From: an uncultured bacterium
GTDB taxonomy: Bacteria > Omnitrophota > Omnitrophia > Omnitrophales > Abzuiibacteriaceae
Direction of reading: 5' to 3'
NCBI GenBank assembly: GCA_964387845.1
Contig: CAYLXA010000011.1
Location: 1-64,000, forward strand
Length of the DNA stretch: 64,000 nt
This document shows positions 47,052-55,430 of the stretch, piece by piece. The position numbers were made by a program, and so were the translations under genes. Position 1 is the first letter of the stretch. Each line of letters starts with the position of its first letter. Below the pieces are notes generated by a model. It was not told the DNA's origin, did no database searches, and saw nothing but the letters and a program-made list of their open reading frames with translations.

Positions 47052-48266
47052 ATGCCAAAATTTATTCGCTCAAACCTGATTATTTTTGCTGCGGGGTTTT
47101 TGCTCATCTCTATTTTTTCCACTATTCGTTACGAACGGTTTGCATCGAAACGCCAGTACGGGGATTTTCACGTTTACTATGTAACCGGTGAACGGATGCT
47201 GGCAGGCCAATCGATTTATGTCGATGAAACCGAAAAAGTAACGCCCTATAAATATTCACCGCTCACTGCATCTTTCTTTTCCTTACTCGCACTTTCAAAC
47301 GAAAGAACCGCAGCCGGTGTTTGGCACTGCCTCAATCTGGTCTTTTTGCTGGTAAGCGTAATCGCCGGGGGAGGGCTTGCGCGAAAAATTTCAGACGGTC
47401 ACGGAAAATATTTCGTTGCATGGTCTTCGATTTTAGCCGTTATCGGAATTTCGCCGGCCATTCTCCATTGCATGAATTCGGGGCAGGTGGGAATCGCGAT
47501 TTTATTTTGCTATGTGCTGGGCGTTTATTTCACCTCCCGCGATCGGGACATCGCCGCCGGATTTTTCTTTGCGCTATCGTGCATGTTTAAATATCTTCCG
47601 ATTTTGATTTTGCCTTATTTTATATGGCAGAAAAAATGGAAACTGGTTTGGTCTATGATCGGCTGGCTGTTTGTGCTTCATTTTTTGCCGGCGCTTTGGC
47701 TCGGCTGGGATATCAATCTTCGGTATCTCCGGCAATTTCTTCCGTTTTTGACCGGAACCACGCTGGATCATATTTCTCTCCTGGATTTCAAAAATCAGTC
47801 CATGTGGGCGTATTTATACCGGCTGTTTTTCTATGATTTGGGCTTGTTTGAAATCAGAAATCACCCGCACTGGATCTTAGCTTTCGGGGCAATCCTATTC
47901 ACCGCGCTTTACGGACTTGTGATTTCTAGGACGCGTAGAGGATTTCTAGTGCTAGGCTGTTCGTTGCTGGCAATTTTGATCGTGATCTTCAACCCTAATG
48001 CTTGGAAGCATAATTTTGTCCTCTTTTTGCTTCCATATCAAATTTTACTTGCCGCGGCGCTGCAGCTTGGTTGGCAAAGCCGGCAAGCCACGCTTTTGAT
48101 GCTGGTCAGCATCTTATTTTTCGCCTCAAACCAGTCTCTGGTCGGTTGGGGCGGCCGGTTGGAACTGATGTCTTTATCGATTTTGCTTCTGGCCGGGCTG
48201 GTTCTATTCGCCGGATTGCTTCTCAGCCGGTTCCCTCAGGATCCTGCCCCAAAACACAACCTTTAG
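47052..48266 (+). CDS. polytopic membrane protein, DUF2029/GT87-like glycosyltransferase family (tentative)
   Basis: About 11 TM helices. N-terminal GDFHVYYVTGERMLAGQSIY motif resembles GT87/DUF2029 mannosyltransferase-like proteins. No SD. Confidence 0.5.
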   Translation: MPKFIRSNLIIFAAGFLLISIFSTIRYERFASKRQYGDFHVYYVTGERMLAGQSIYVDETEKVTPYKYSPLTASFFSLLALSNERTAAGVWHCLNLVFLLVSVIAGGGLARKISDGHGKYFVAWSSILAVIGISPAILHCMNSGQVGIAILFCYVLGVYFTSRDRDIAAGFFFALSCMFKYLPILILPYFIWQKKWKLVWSMIGWLFVLHFLPALWLGWDINLRYLRQFLPFLTGTTLDHISLLDFKNQSMWAYLYRLFFYDLGLFEIRNHPHWILAFGAILFTALYGLVISRTRRGFLVLGCSLLAILIVIFNPNAWKHNFVLFLLPYQILLAAALQLGWQSRQATLLMLVSILFFASNQSLVGWGGRLELMSLSILLLAGLVLFAGLLLSRFPQDPAPKHNL

Positions 48267-48405
48267 GGCTTTATCTGACCCTTTAACCCAATATCTAGTA
48301 TTACCCAAAAAGTCTTTCTAAAGCCGTTAAGTTTCTCTAAGTTGTTGACGTACTTGTTGTTTAGGCGATATCGGTGATTCAAAAGTCGCATTTTGGAGGT
48401 GGCTC

Positions 48406-48549
48406 ATGATCACTAAAATGTTAAAAGTATTTGTTCTGACTGTTGCCATGACCTCAACTGTGGTAACCGCATCTTTCGCTTTTGACGGGAAAGATGCGCT
48501 TTCTGGTGTAGTTGTCAAATCAACACTTAAAGCAACGACTTGTCTTTGA
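48406..48549 (+). CDS. unannotated small secreted/membrane peptide (47 aa) with signal-peptide-like N-terminus
   Basis: ATG 48406 preceded by SD GGAGGTGG (48395-48402). MITKMLKVFVLTVAMTSTVVTASFAFDGKD… Below the track's 60-aa cutoff. Confidence 0.35.
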   Translation: MITKMLKVFVLTVAMTSTVVTASFAFDGKDALSGVVVKSTLKATTCL

Positions 48550-49177
48550 CTATCTCTTGAAACCTTCCCGATCTTTTTTCTTCATAACAGCAGCAGGCTT
48601 TTTACTCTTTATTTTGATTTCACACCATCCAGCGGTTCATAGTTTGGATGTTTATTGGATGGGCATATTATACCGTAGCGATATTTCGTTCTTTAATATT
48701 GTGTTTATTCCGTTTATTTTGTGGGGATCGCCTCAAATTATAATCCCCGCGTTTCTTTTGTTATCATTCTGGTTTTATCAGCAAAAGAACTTTAAAGCGG
48801 CTTATTTATGTCTTGCGTCTCTTATAATCGCAACAGGCCTTGAGTTTGTGCTTAAGAATATTTTATGGGTTCCCAAGCCTTCCACAGAGTCATTCGGATC
48901 GCGGTTTCCATTTAAATGGACAGTTGCTTCTTACAAAACCCAGTCGTCATTGCCTAGCGGGCATGTTCTTAGAACGGTTCTTTTTATCTTATTCCTCGTT
49001 CATTGGATTCCTGCGATTCGTAACCGCAAGGCCCTGAAAGTATTTTTAATGTTCTTGCCCTTCATTACAGCTTTTGCTGCAGTCTATTACGGTGCGCACT
49101 GGACAAGAGATGCCGTCGCAGGAGCGTGGCTTGCGGTCTTGGCTTTTCTAGTCTGTGATAGATACGTTGCCTCTTGA
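48512..49177 (+). CDS. PAP2-family (type 2 phosphatidic acid phosphatase) membrane phosphatase
   Basis: PAP2 motifs KPS…, LPSGHV, GAHWTRDAVAG. The true start may lie downstream of 48512. Confidence 0.75.
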   Translation: MSNQHLKQRLVFDYLLKPSRSFFFITAAGFLLFILISHHPAVHSLDVYWMGILYRSDISFFNIVFIPFILWGSPQIIIPAFLLLSFWFYQQKNFKAAYLCLASLIIATGLEFVLKNILWVPKPSTESFGSRFPFKWTVASYKTQSSLPSGHVLRTVLFILFLVHWIPAIRNRKALKVFLMFLPFITAFAAVYYGAHWTRDAVAGAWLAVLAFLVCDRYVAS

Positions 49178-49306
49178 ATGTTCGGCTGCCTTGACACTCT
49201 ACTTTCCTTATGATAATTTAAGCCCACTTTTTAAAAATCAAACTCATGTAGTTTGATTTTTAGCGTTAGTTTCCGGACGCTAAATTCCAAAAGGAGGGAC
49301 TTCAGC

Positions 49307-49825
49307 ATGGCAAAAAAGCTGGAAGAAAAGATTTTAGACGTTGATGCGAGTATGCAGGGAACGATCACATTTCGTGATCCTGTTAACCTGCGTATTAACG
49401 GAAGTTTTGAAGGCCGTTTGGATGTCCGAGGGAATTTGACCATTGGTGAAAATGCTAACGTGAAAGCCGATATCAGAGGCGATAAAATCTTAGTTGCAGG
49501 AAAAGTGACCGGTAATATCACGGCGTCTGCCAGTCTGGCGGTTATATCGCCTGCGGTGATTCGCGGCAACATTAAGTCCCCGATTTTCAGTGTTGCTGAA
49601 GGTTCCGTTATTGAAGGTCAAGTATCGATGACAAATTTACAAAATTTAGATGCCAATAGCACGCTGTCGTTGCGCGATTTAGCCCAGTACCTTGAAGTTG
49701 AGATGCGCGTCATTGAAGAGTGGGCGCGTGAGAAAAAAATTCCCGGCCGTCAAGAAAACGGCGAGTGGCGGTTTAATAAAGCCACGATTGATAAATGGGT
49801 GCAGGACGAAAAAGTAAAATTGTAA
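49307..49825 (+). CDS. bactofilin-domain protein fused to C-terminal excisionase/MerR-type HTH (HTH_17) DNA-binding domain
   Basis: SD AGGAGG then ATG 49307. Beta-helical bactofilin repeats (INGSFEGRLDVRGNLTIGENANVKADIRGDKILVAGKVTGNI…IRGNIKSPIFSVAEGSVIEGQV). C-terminal LSLRDLAQYLEVEMRVIEEWAREKKIPGRQENGEWRFNKATIDKWV. Confidence 0.7.
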   Translation: MAKKLEEKILDVDASMQGTITFRDPVNLRINGSFEGRLDVRGNLTIGENANVKADIRGDKILVAGKVTGNITASASLAVISPAVIRGNIKSPIFSVAEGSVIEGQVSMTNLQNLDANSTLSLRDLAQYLEVEMRVIEEWAREKKIPGRQENGEWRFNKATIDKWVQDEKVKL

Positions 49826-49876
49826 AGTTGATCCGATTCTTTCCGATTTTGTTCCACCAAAGATTTTGCATTTGAA

Positions 49877-50170
49877 ATGCTGCTAACCGAAGAAGAAGTC
49901 CAGAATTATTTAGGAGTTGACCGTTCTCATATTGAAAGGTTGATGAAACGCGGGAAACTCACGGCTTTTCGTGTCGGCGGCTCCTATCTCCGATTCCGCA
50001 AAGAGGAAGTCATTGCACTTAAAGCAGGTAAGCGCTTTGTGCCGGCCGAACAAATGGGCCGCAGGAGTTGGCTGGATCGTGCGCGTGATTTTTGGAAGTT
50101 TTACAGTTTTTATGTCCTCTCGTCGATTTTGATTGCACTCGCGGTTCTCCTGATTATCCAATACATCTAA
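49877..50170 (+). CDS. HTH_17 (excisionase-family) DNA-binding protein with C-terminal transmembrane helix
   Basis: LLTEEEVQNYLGVDRSHIERLMKRGKLTAFRVGGSYLRFRKEEV; hydrophobic C-terminus FYVLSSILIALAVLLIIQYI. Confidence 0.6.
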   Translation: MLLTEEEVQNYLGVDRSHIERLMKRGKLTAFRVGGSYLRFRKEEVIALKAGKRFVPAEQMGRRSWLDRARDFWKFYSFYVLSSILIALAVLLIIQYI

Positions 50171-50175
50171 TATTC

Positions 50176-50556
50176 ATGACCGTTCCGTTCCAAATTGGCG
50201 TTGATATCGTGAGCGTGCGCCGGATGGAAGAATCCATCAAGCGTCACGGAAAATCCTTTCTCGATAAAGTATTCACGGCCGGCGAGCAATCTTATTGCGA
50301 AAAAAAGCGCAATAAGTATGAAAATTACGCTGCACGGTTTGCTGCCAAAGAAGCAGTGATTAAAGCCAAGGGCGGCGGTGCGGGCCGGATGCGTTTTAAA
50401 GATATCGAAGTCAAACGAGGCAAGAACGGCAAGCCATTTATTTCGATTACTCCTCAAGTCCGGCGTGAAATGTTCATCAAACCAAAAGCCGAATTTGAGC
50501 TGACTATGGCGCACGAACGGGAATTTGCGATCGCAACCGTCCTGATGTCAGCCTAG
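50176..50556 (+). CDS. acpS: holo-[acyl-carrier-protein] synthase
   Basis: MTVPFQIGVDIVSVRRM… is the AcpS 4'-phosphopantetheinyl transferase signature. Confidence 0.85.
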   Translation: MTVPFQIGVDIVSVRRMEESIKRHGKSFLDKVFTAGEQSYCEKKRNKYENYAARFAAKEAVIKAKGGGAGRMRFKDIEVKRGKNGKPFISITPQVRREMFIKPKAEFELTMAHEREFAIATVLMSA

Positions 50557-50560
50557 CGCT

Positions 50561-51268
50561 ATGCGTTATCTGATCGTTAACGCCGACGATTTTAATCTCA
50601 CCCAAGGTATTTCCCGCGCGGTTTTTTGCGCGCATGACCGCGGCATTGTGAATTCCACAAGCGTGATGATTAATTTTCCGCTGTCCTCATATCAAATATC
50701 GGGCCTCAGTAAACGCCCGGGCCTTAGCGTTGGGCTTCATTTGAATGTCACATCGGGTTCTCCGAAATTCAAAAAGGCAAGCGCATACCTATCCGGCAAA
50801 TTTGACCCGCATGTTTTATTCGCTGAATATGAATCACAGATCAAAAAGTTTCAAACAGTGTTTAAAAGGAAGCCGGATCATTTAGATACGCATCATCACA
50901 TTCATGCATCGCCAAAAGTTGCGTTGGTCTTATCCAAAATTTCGAGAAAATATAAAATCCCGGCCCGTCGGTCGGCTACGCTTCGAAGCGCAGCGACAAC
51001 CGATTATTTTTTTGGGAATTTATCGCCGCAAAAATATTGGACTCACACAAGTTTGCTGACGATTCTTGAAAACTTACCGCAGGGGACGAGCGAAATTATG
51101 TGTCATCCCGGTTTTGTTGATTCCGACCTGCGTTCCAAAAGTTCGTTCTTAAAGGGGCGCGAATGCGAGCGCAAGCTTTTTTCGAAACGATCATGGCGCT
51201 TGTTTTTGCGCCGCCACGGCATTCAACAGGTAAAATTTTCAAGCCTGCTTCCGGGCTCTGTGTTATAA
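50561..51268 (+). CDS. YdjC/ChbG-family carbohydrate deacetylase-like protein
   Basis: MRYLIVNADDFNLTQGISRAV…VNSTSVM…DTHHHIH is the YdjC signature. Confidence 0.75.
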   Translation: MRYLIVNADDFNLTQGISRAVFCAHDRGIVNSTSVMINFPLSSYQISGLSKRPGLSVGLHLNVTSGSPKFKKASAYLSGKFDPHVLFAEYESQIKKFQTVFKRKPDHLDTHHHIHASPKVALVLSKISRKYKIPARRSATLRSAATTDYFFGNLSPQKYWTHTSLLTILENLPQGTSEIMCHPGFVDSDLRSKSSFLKGRECERKLFSKRSWRLFLRRHGIQQVKFSSLLPGSVL

Positions 51269-51278
51269 TACGCGGCTT

Positions 51279-52049
51279 ATGAGAGTCCTGATTACCAATG
51301 ACGATGGTATTCACTCGCCGGGGTTAAGGGCGATTGTGGATGCGATCCACAAAGAAGCCGAATGCCTGGTAGTAGCACCGCACAAGGAAAGGTCGGCGAC
51401 GGCGCATTCTATTTCTCTTTATGATGAAATTTGGGTCGAATCGGTTCACATCGGGGACGGGCTAAAAGGATATTCGGTCGAAGGAACGCCGGCTGATTGT
51501 GTGAAATTTGCGTTTGCGGAGCTTTTGAAGAAGAAAGTCGACCTCATTATATCGGGCATTAACCTGGGGTTAAATACGGGTATCAGCGTTTATTATTCAG
51601 GGACTGTGTCGGCGGCGCGTGAAGGATTGATCAACGGCGTTCCGTCGATCGCCATTTCGCAAGGCAAGCAGCAAACGCGCGATTTCGCATATGCCGGGAA
51701 GCTCGTATCAAAGTTGGTGCATGGCTATAAAAATTTACATTTTCCGAAAGATACATTTTTAAATATCAATGTACCTCCCGTCGAATCTCAGCAGGTGAAA
51801 GGGATTCGAGTGACGAAACAGGCGCATTCACGGTTTGACGAATGGTTTGAGGAAATTAAAAAATCCGGATCTAACGGCCGGAAACCGTATCAAGTCCGCG
51901 GCGATATCGAAATTTTAAGTCCGGACGGCACGAGCGATGAAGAAGCGATTCGAGAAGGTTATGTGTCGATGACGCCACTTCTTTTGGATTCAACGCATTA
52001 CAAGCAGATGTCCCATTTTGAGAAATGGGTGAGGGATAACGGAATTTAG
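51279..52049 (+). CDS. surE: 5'/3'-nucleotidase SurE
   Basis: MRVLITNDDGIHSPGL… plus SurE core motifs. Confidence 0.9.
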   Translation: MRVLITNDDGIHSPGLRAIVDAIHKEAECLVVAPHKERSATAHSISLYDEIWVESVHIGDGLKGYSVEGTPADCVKFAFAELLKKKVDLIISGINLGLNTGISVYYSGTVSAAREGLINGVPSIAISQGKQQTRDFAYAGKLVSKLVHGYKNLHFPKDTFLNINVPPVESQQVKGIRVTKQAHSRFDEWFEEIKKSGSNGRKPYQVRGDIEILSPDGTSDEEAIREGYVSMTPLLLDSTHYKQMSHFEKWVRDNGI

Positions 52050-52066
52050 TTTTTTGGAAATTTGAA

Positions 52067-52258
52067 TTATTTCGGAACGGCGCCGTCAAGTGTCTCGAAC
52101 ACAATGGTGACGAGGCTGTGGCAGCGCGGGCACTTGATTTGCTTGAAAGCTTGGATGTTGTCGTGTTTGGGCCGGTACATAATGCTCAAGATCTTGGTTG
52201 AGAACTTGGCTTCTTCGCCGGACCACTGACAGGATGTACAAGCGTATGTCTGTTTCAT
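52067..52258 (-). CDS. small zinc-ribbon protein (CxxC…CxxC), hypothetical
   Basis: 63-aa ORF convergent with surE. Cys pairs CTSC and CPRC. No clear SD. Confidence 0.35.
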   Translation of the reverse strand: MKQTYACTSCQWSGEEAKFSTKILSIMYRPKHDNIQAFKQIKCPRCHSLVTIVFETLDGAVPK

Positions 52259-52469
52259 CGTGTAGAGTTGTATCGGCAGCGGGTTAGCGAACTTAAGAAA
52301 TTTGCAGGAAATTTTTAAGATTTTTTATCAGTAATACTAGATTTAGTGGTATCTAAGGTAAAATACCACAGGATTATGGGTAGCCCCGCGTCGCTGACTT
52401 TGTCAGCTCCTGGGGCGAACATCTTCCTTTATGAATAAGCACCTGAGACTTTTAAGGCAGAAGATATTC

Positions 52470-52542
<73 letters not shown>

Positions 52543-52594
52543 AATTTAGTTTTTGATATGTTGTTGTTTGTTATCACGTTGTACTAATCCTTGT

Positions 52595-52680
52595 GCCGAA
52601 GTGGCGGAACTGGCAGACGCGCTGGACTCAAAATCCAGTGGTGCTCAAACACCGTGTGGGTTCGATTCCCTCCTTCGGCA
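52595..52680 (+). tRNA. tRNA-Leu (anticodon CAA), long variable arm
   Basis: GCCGAAGTGGCGGAACTGGCAGACGC…CTCAAAA anticodon loop…GGTTCGATTCCC…CTTCGGCA; 86 nt. Confidence 0.8.
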
Positions 52681-52719
52681 CTGATTTTCATTAAAAATTA
52701 AATAACACTATTTGGGAAT

Positions 52720-52857
52720 CAGCGCTGCCCCTGAATCTCGATAAAACACGTTTTTTCGTTTCTTGATATTCAGGGGCGGCACTGACTTTCATTAAAGTGT
52801 TCCATTCGATTATTAATCAAAGTCAGCGCCTGCACTTGAGTGGCAAAACTCAAGTGC
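52720..52857 (+). promoter_or_regulatory. structured leuS leader: inverted repeat cagcgctgcccctgaat/attcaggggcggcactg (52720-52784) and hairpin gcacttgagt-ggcaaa-actcaagtgc (52832-52857)
   Basis: Two strong stem-loops between tRNA-Leu and the leuS start. No T-box consensus seen. Confidence 0.45.
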
Positions 52858-52872
52858 GGCACGTGTAAAGTT

Positions 52873-55329
52873 ATGACCGACAAACACAAACCCTATCCAT
52901 TCGACCAAATTGAACCCAAATGGCAAAAGCATTGGGTTCAAAATAAAACTTTTAAGACGCCGGATCCGGGAGAGCCGGGAAGCGAAAAGCCGAAATTTTA
53001 CATTCTCGACATGTTTCCGTATCCTTCGGGTGCGGGGCTTCATGTCGGCCACCCGGAAGGCTACACTGCCACCGACATTCTCGCACGCTATAAACGTATG
53101 CGTGACTTCAATGTCCTGCATCCGATGGGCTGGGATGCGTTTGGACTTCCGGCCGAGCAGCACGCACTTGAAACCGGCACGCACCCCAAAGCCACCACCG
53201 AGAAAAACATTGGTGTTTTCCGCAGGCAAATCCAATCGATCGGTTTCAGCTACGACTGGGACCGCGAAGTCGATACAACCGATCCCGATTATTTCAAATG
53301 GACACAATGGATTTTTCTCCAACTGTACAAAAAAGGGCTCGCTTACGAAGCGGAAGTTCCGGTGAATTGGTGCGAAGCGCTTGGGACTGTGCTCGCCAAC
53401 GAAGAAGTGATTGACGGCAAATCGGAGCGCGGCGGCCATCCGGTTGTGAGAAAGCCGATGCGGCAGTGGATTTTAAAAATCACGGAATATGCGGACCGGC
53501 TGCTGGAAGATTTGGAAGAACTGGATTGGTCGCCTGCTATTAAAGAAATGCAGCGCAACTGGATCGGAAAGTCCGTCGGTGCTGAAGTGGATTTTCAAGT
53601 AGCGGGTTCGAATGAGAAAATCCGCGTATTTACAACTCGTCCCGATACTTTATTTGGCGCGACTTACATGGTTTTAGCGCCTGAGCATCCGCTTGTCAAA
53701 AAAATGGCAACCGCTGATCAGAAAAAATTTGTTGAAGCTTACATTGATCAGACCGCGCGTAAAACTGACTTGCAGCGCACAGACCTAGCCAAAGAAAAAA
53801 CGGGTGTCTTTACCGGCGCTTACGCCATCAATCCCGTCAATCAAAAACAAATTCCGATTTGGATTGCGGATTACGTTTTGATCAGTTACGGCACAGGAGC
53901 CATCATGGCAGTTCCTGCGCACGATGAGCGCGACTTTGAATTTGCGACAAAATTCAAACTCCCGATTGTCGAAGTGATTTCAGGCGGCAATATTTCGAAC
54001 GAAGCTTTCACCGGTATCGGAAAATGCATCAACTCAACCACGCCGGATAAATCATTTTCTATCGACGGACTTCCGAGTGACGCTGCAAAGGAAAAAATCA
54101 CAAAATGGCTCGAAGATAAAAAAATCGGCGAGAAATCAATTCAGTACAAGCTGCGCGACTGGCTTTTCTCGCGCCAGCGGTATTGGGGCGAGCCGATTCC
54201 GGTGATTCATGTCGACGGCAAACCAAAACCGCTTTCTGAGAAAGATTTGCCCATCATGCTTCCAGAAACTAAATCTTACAAACCAACCGGAACCGGCGAA
54301 AGTCCGCTCGCCGGGATTCCGGATTGGGTCAACACCAAAGATCCTGAAACAGGGAAGCCGGCGAAACGCGAAACCAATACGATGCCGCAATGGGCCGGTT
54401 CCTGCTGGTATTATTTGCGCTACCTGGATCCGAAAAATGGCAAACAACTCGTTGATCCCAAAAAAGAAAAATATTGGATGCCGGTCGACCTTTATGTCGG
54501 CGGTGCCGAGCACGCGGTGCTTCATTTATTGTACGCACGCTTTTGGCATAAAGTGCTTTACGATGCCGGCGTGGTTTCAACAAAGGAACCTTTTCAAAAA
54601 CTTGTTAATCAAGGAATGATTTTGGGCGAGGACAATCAGAAAATGTCCAAATCGCGCGGCAATGTGATCAATCCCGATGACGTGATCCGCGAATATGGCG
54701 CAGACAGTCTGCGGCTTTATGAAATGTTCATGGGCCCGCTTGAAATGGTGAAGCCGTGGTCCATGCGCGGGGTGGAAGGTGTTTCACGGTTTTTGGCGCG
54801 TGTTTGGCGCCTTTTTGTTGATCGTGACGACAAGCTTCAAAAAACGATTGAAAACCGGCAGCCGACGAATGATGAATTACGCGTTCTGCATCAAGCGATT
54901 CAAAAGGTGACGGACGATCTGGACAACATGCGTTTCAACACAGCGATTTCAGCGCTGATGGTGTTTGTGAACGAAATGACAAAAGCTGCAACGCAGCCAA
55001 AATCAATGCTCGAAACCTTTCTGCTGCTTTTGGCGCCGTTTGCGCCGCACATTGCCGAAGAACTTTGGAGCCGGCTGGGGCATTCGCAAACACTGGCTTA
55101 TGAAAAGTGGCCTTCTTACGATAAGAAGTACTTAGTTCAGGACGAGGCCGAAATTGCCGTTCAAGTATTGGGTAAAATCAAGGCACGCATCGTCGTTTCG
55201 CGCAATATATCGGAAGATGAATTAAAGGCAAAAGTACTCGAACTTCCTGATATTAAACCCCTTATCGACGGCAAAAAGATAAATAAAATCTTTATAGTCC
55301 CCGGGAGATTGGTTAATATCTTAGTCTAA
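52873..55329 (+). CDS. leuS: leucine--tRNA ligase
   Basis: [12 protein letters not shown] (HIGH) and KMSKSRGN (KMSKS) motifs. The likely start is ATG 52873 ([10 protein letters not shown]…); the track ORF begins at 52840. Confidence 0.9.
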   Translation: MTDKHKPYPFDQIEPKWQKHWVQNKTFKTPDPGEPGSEKPKFYILDMFPYPSGAGLHVGHPEGYTATDILARYKRMRDFNVLHPMGWDAFGLPAEQHALETGTHPKATTEKNIGVFRRQIQSIGFSYDWDREVDTTDPDYFKWTQWIFLQLYKKGLAYEAEVPVNWCEALGTVLANEEVIDGKSERGGHPVVRKPMRQWILKITEYADRLLEDLEELDWSPAIKEMQRNWIGKSVGAEVDFQVAGSNEKIRVFTTRPDTLFGATYMVLAPEHPLVKKMATADQKKFVEAYIDQTARKTDLQRTDLAKEKTGVFTGAYAINPVNQKQIPIWIADYVLISYGTGAIMAVPAHDERDFEFATKFKLPIVEVISGGNISNEAFTGIGKCINSTTPDKSFSIDGLPSDAAKEKITKWLEDKKIGEKSIQYKLRDWLFSRQRYWGEPIPVIHVDGKPKPLSEKDLPIMLPETKSYKPTGTGESPLAGIPDWVNTKDPETGKPAKRETNTMPQWAGSCWYYLRYLDPKNGKQLVDPKKEKYWMPVDLYVGGAEHAVLHLLYARFWHKVLYDAGVVSTKEPFQKLVNQGMILGEDNQKMSKSRGNVINPDDVIREYGADSLRLYEMFMGPLEMVKPWSMRGVEGVSRFLARVWRLFVDRDDKLQKTIENRQPTNDELRVLHQAIQKVTDDLDNMRFNTAISALMVFVNEMTKAATQPKSMLETFLLLLAPFAPHIAEELWSRLGHSQTLAYEKWPSYDKKYLVQDEAEIAVQVLGKIKARIVVSRNISEDELKAKVLELPDIKPLIDGKKINKIFIVPGRLVNILV

Positions 55330-55336
55330 CAGCGAT

Positions 55337-55414
55337 GCTTCAAGCTACAAGACTCAAGCTTCAGGCTTCAAGATAGTGCGTTTCTGCTTGTAGCTTGTAG
55401 CCTGTAGCTTGCAG
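55337..55414. terminator. heptamer-tandem inverted-repeat hairpin (cttcaag ctacaag actcaag cttcagg cttcaag … cttgtag cttgtag cctgtag cttgcag) immediately after the leuS stop
   Basis: Same architecture as 18255-18332 and 46648-46778; 13-nt loop. Confidence 0.55.
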
Positions 55415-55430
55415 TTTGAAATTTGAAACT

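Noticed and set aside
46962-48266. Genomic island or integrative element at the tRNA-Glu 3' flank (GT87-like gene starts 16 nt after the tRNA)
   Set aside because: There is no integrase, no direct repeat of the tRNA 3' end, and no mobility genes in the following 5 kb. Downstream genes are ordinary envelope and housekeeping functions.
52681-52872. T-box riboswitch upstream of leuS
   Set aside because: No T-box consensus (AATTAGGGTGGNACCGCG-like) and no specifier-loop architecture could be recognised by eye. Only generic hairpins are present. This needs a covariance-model search.
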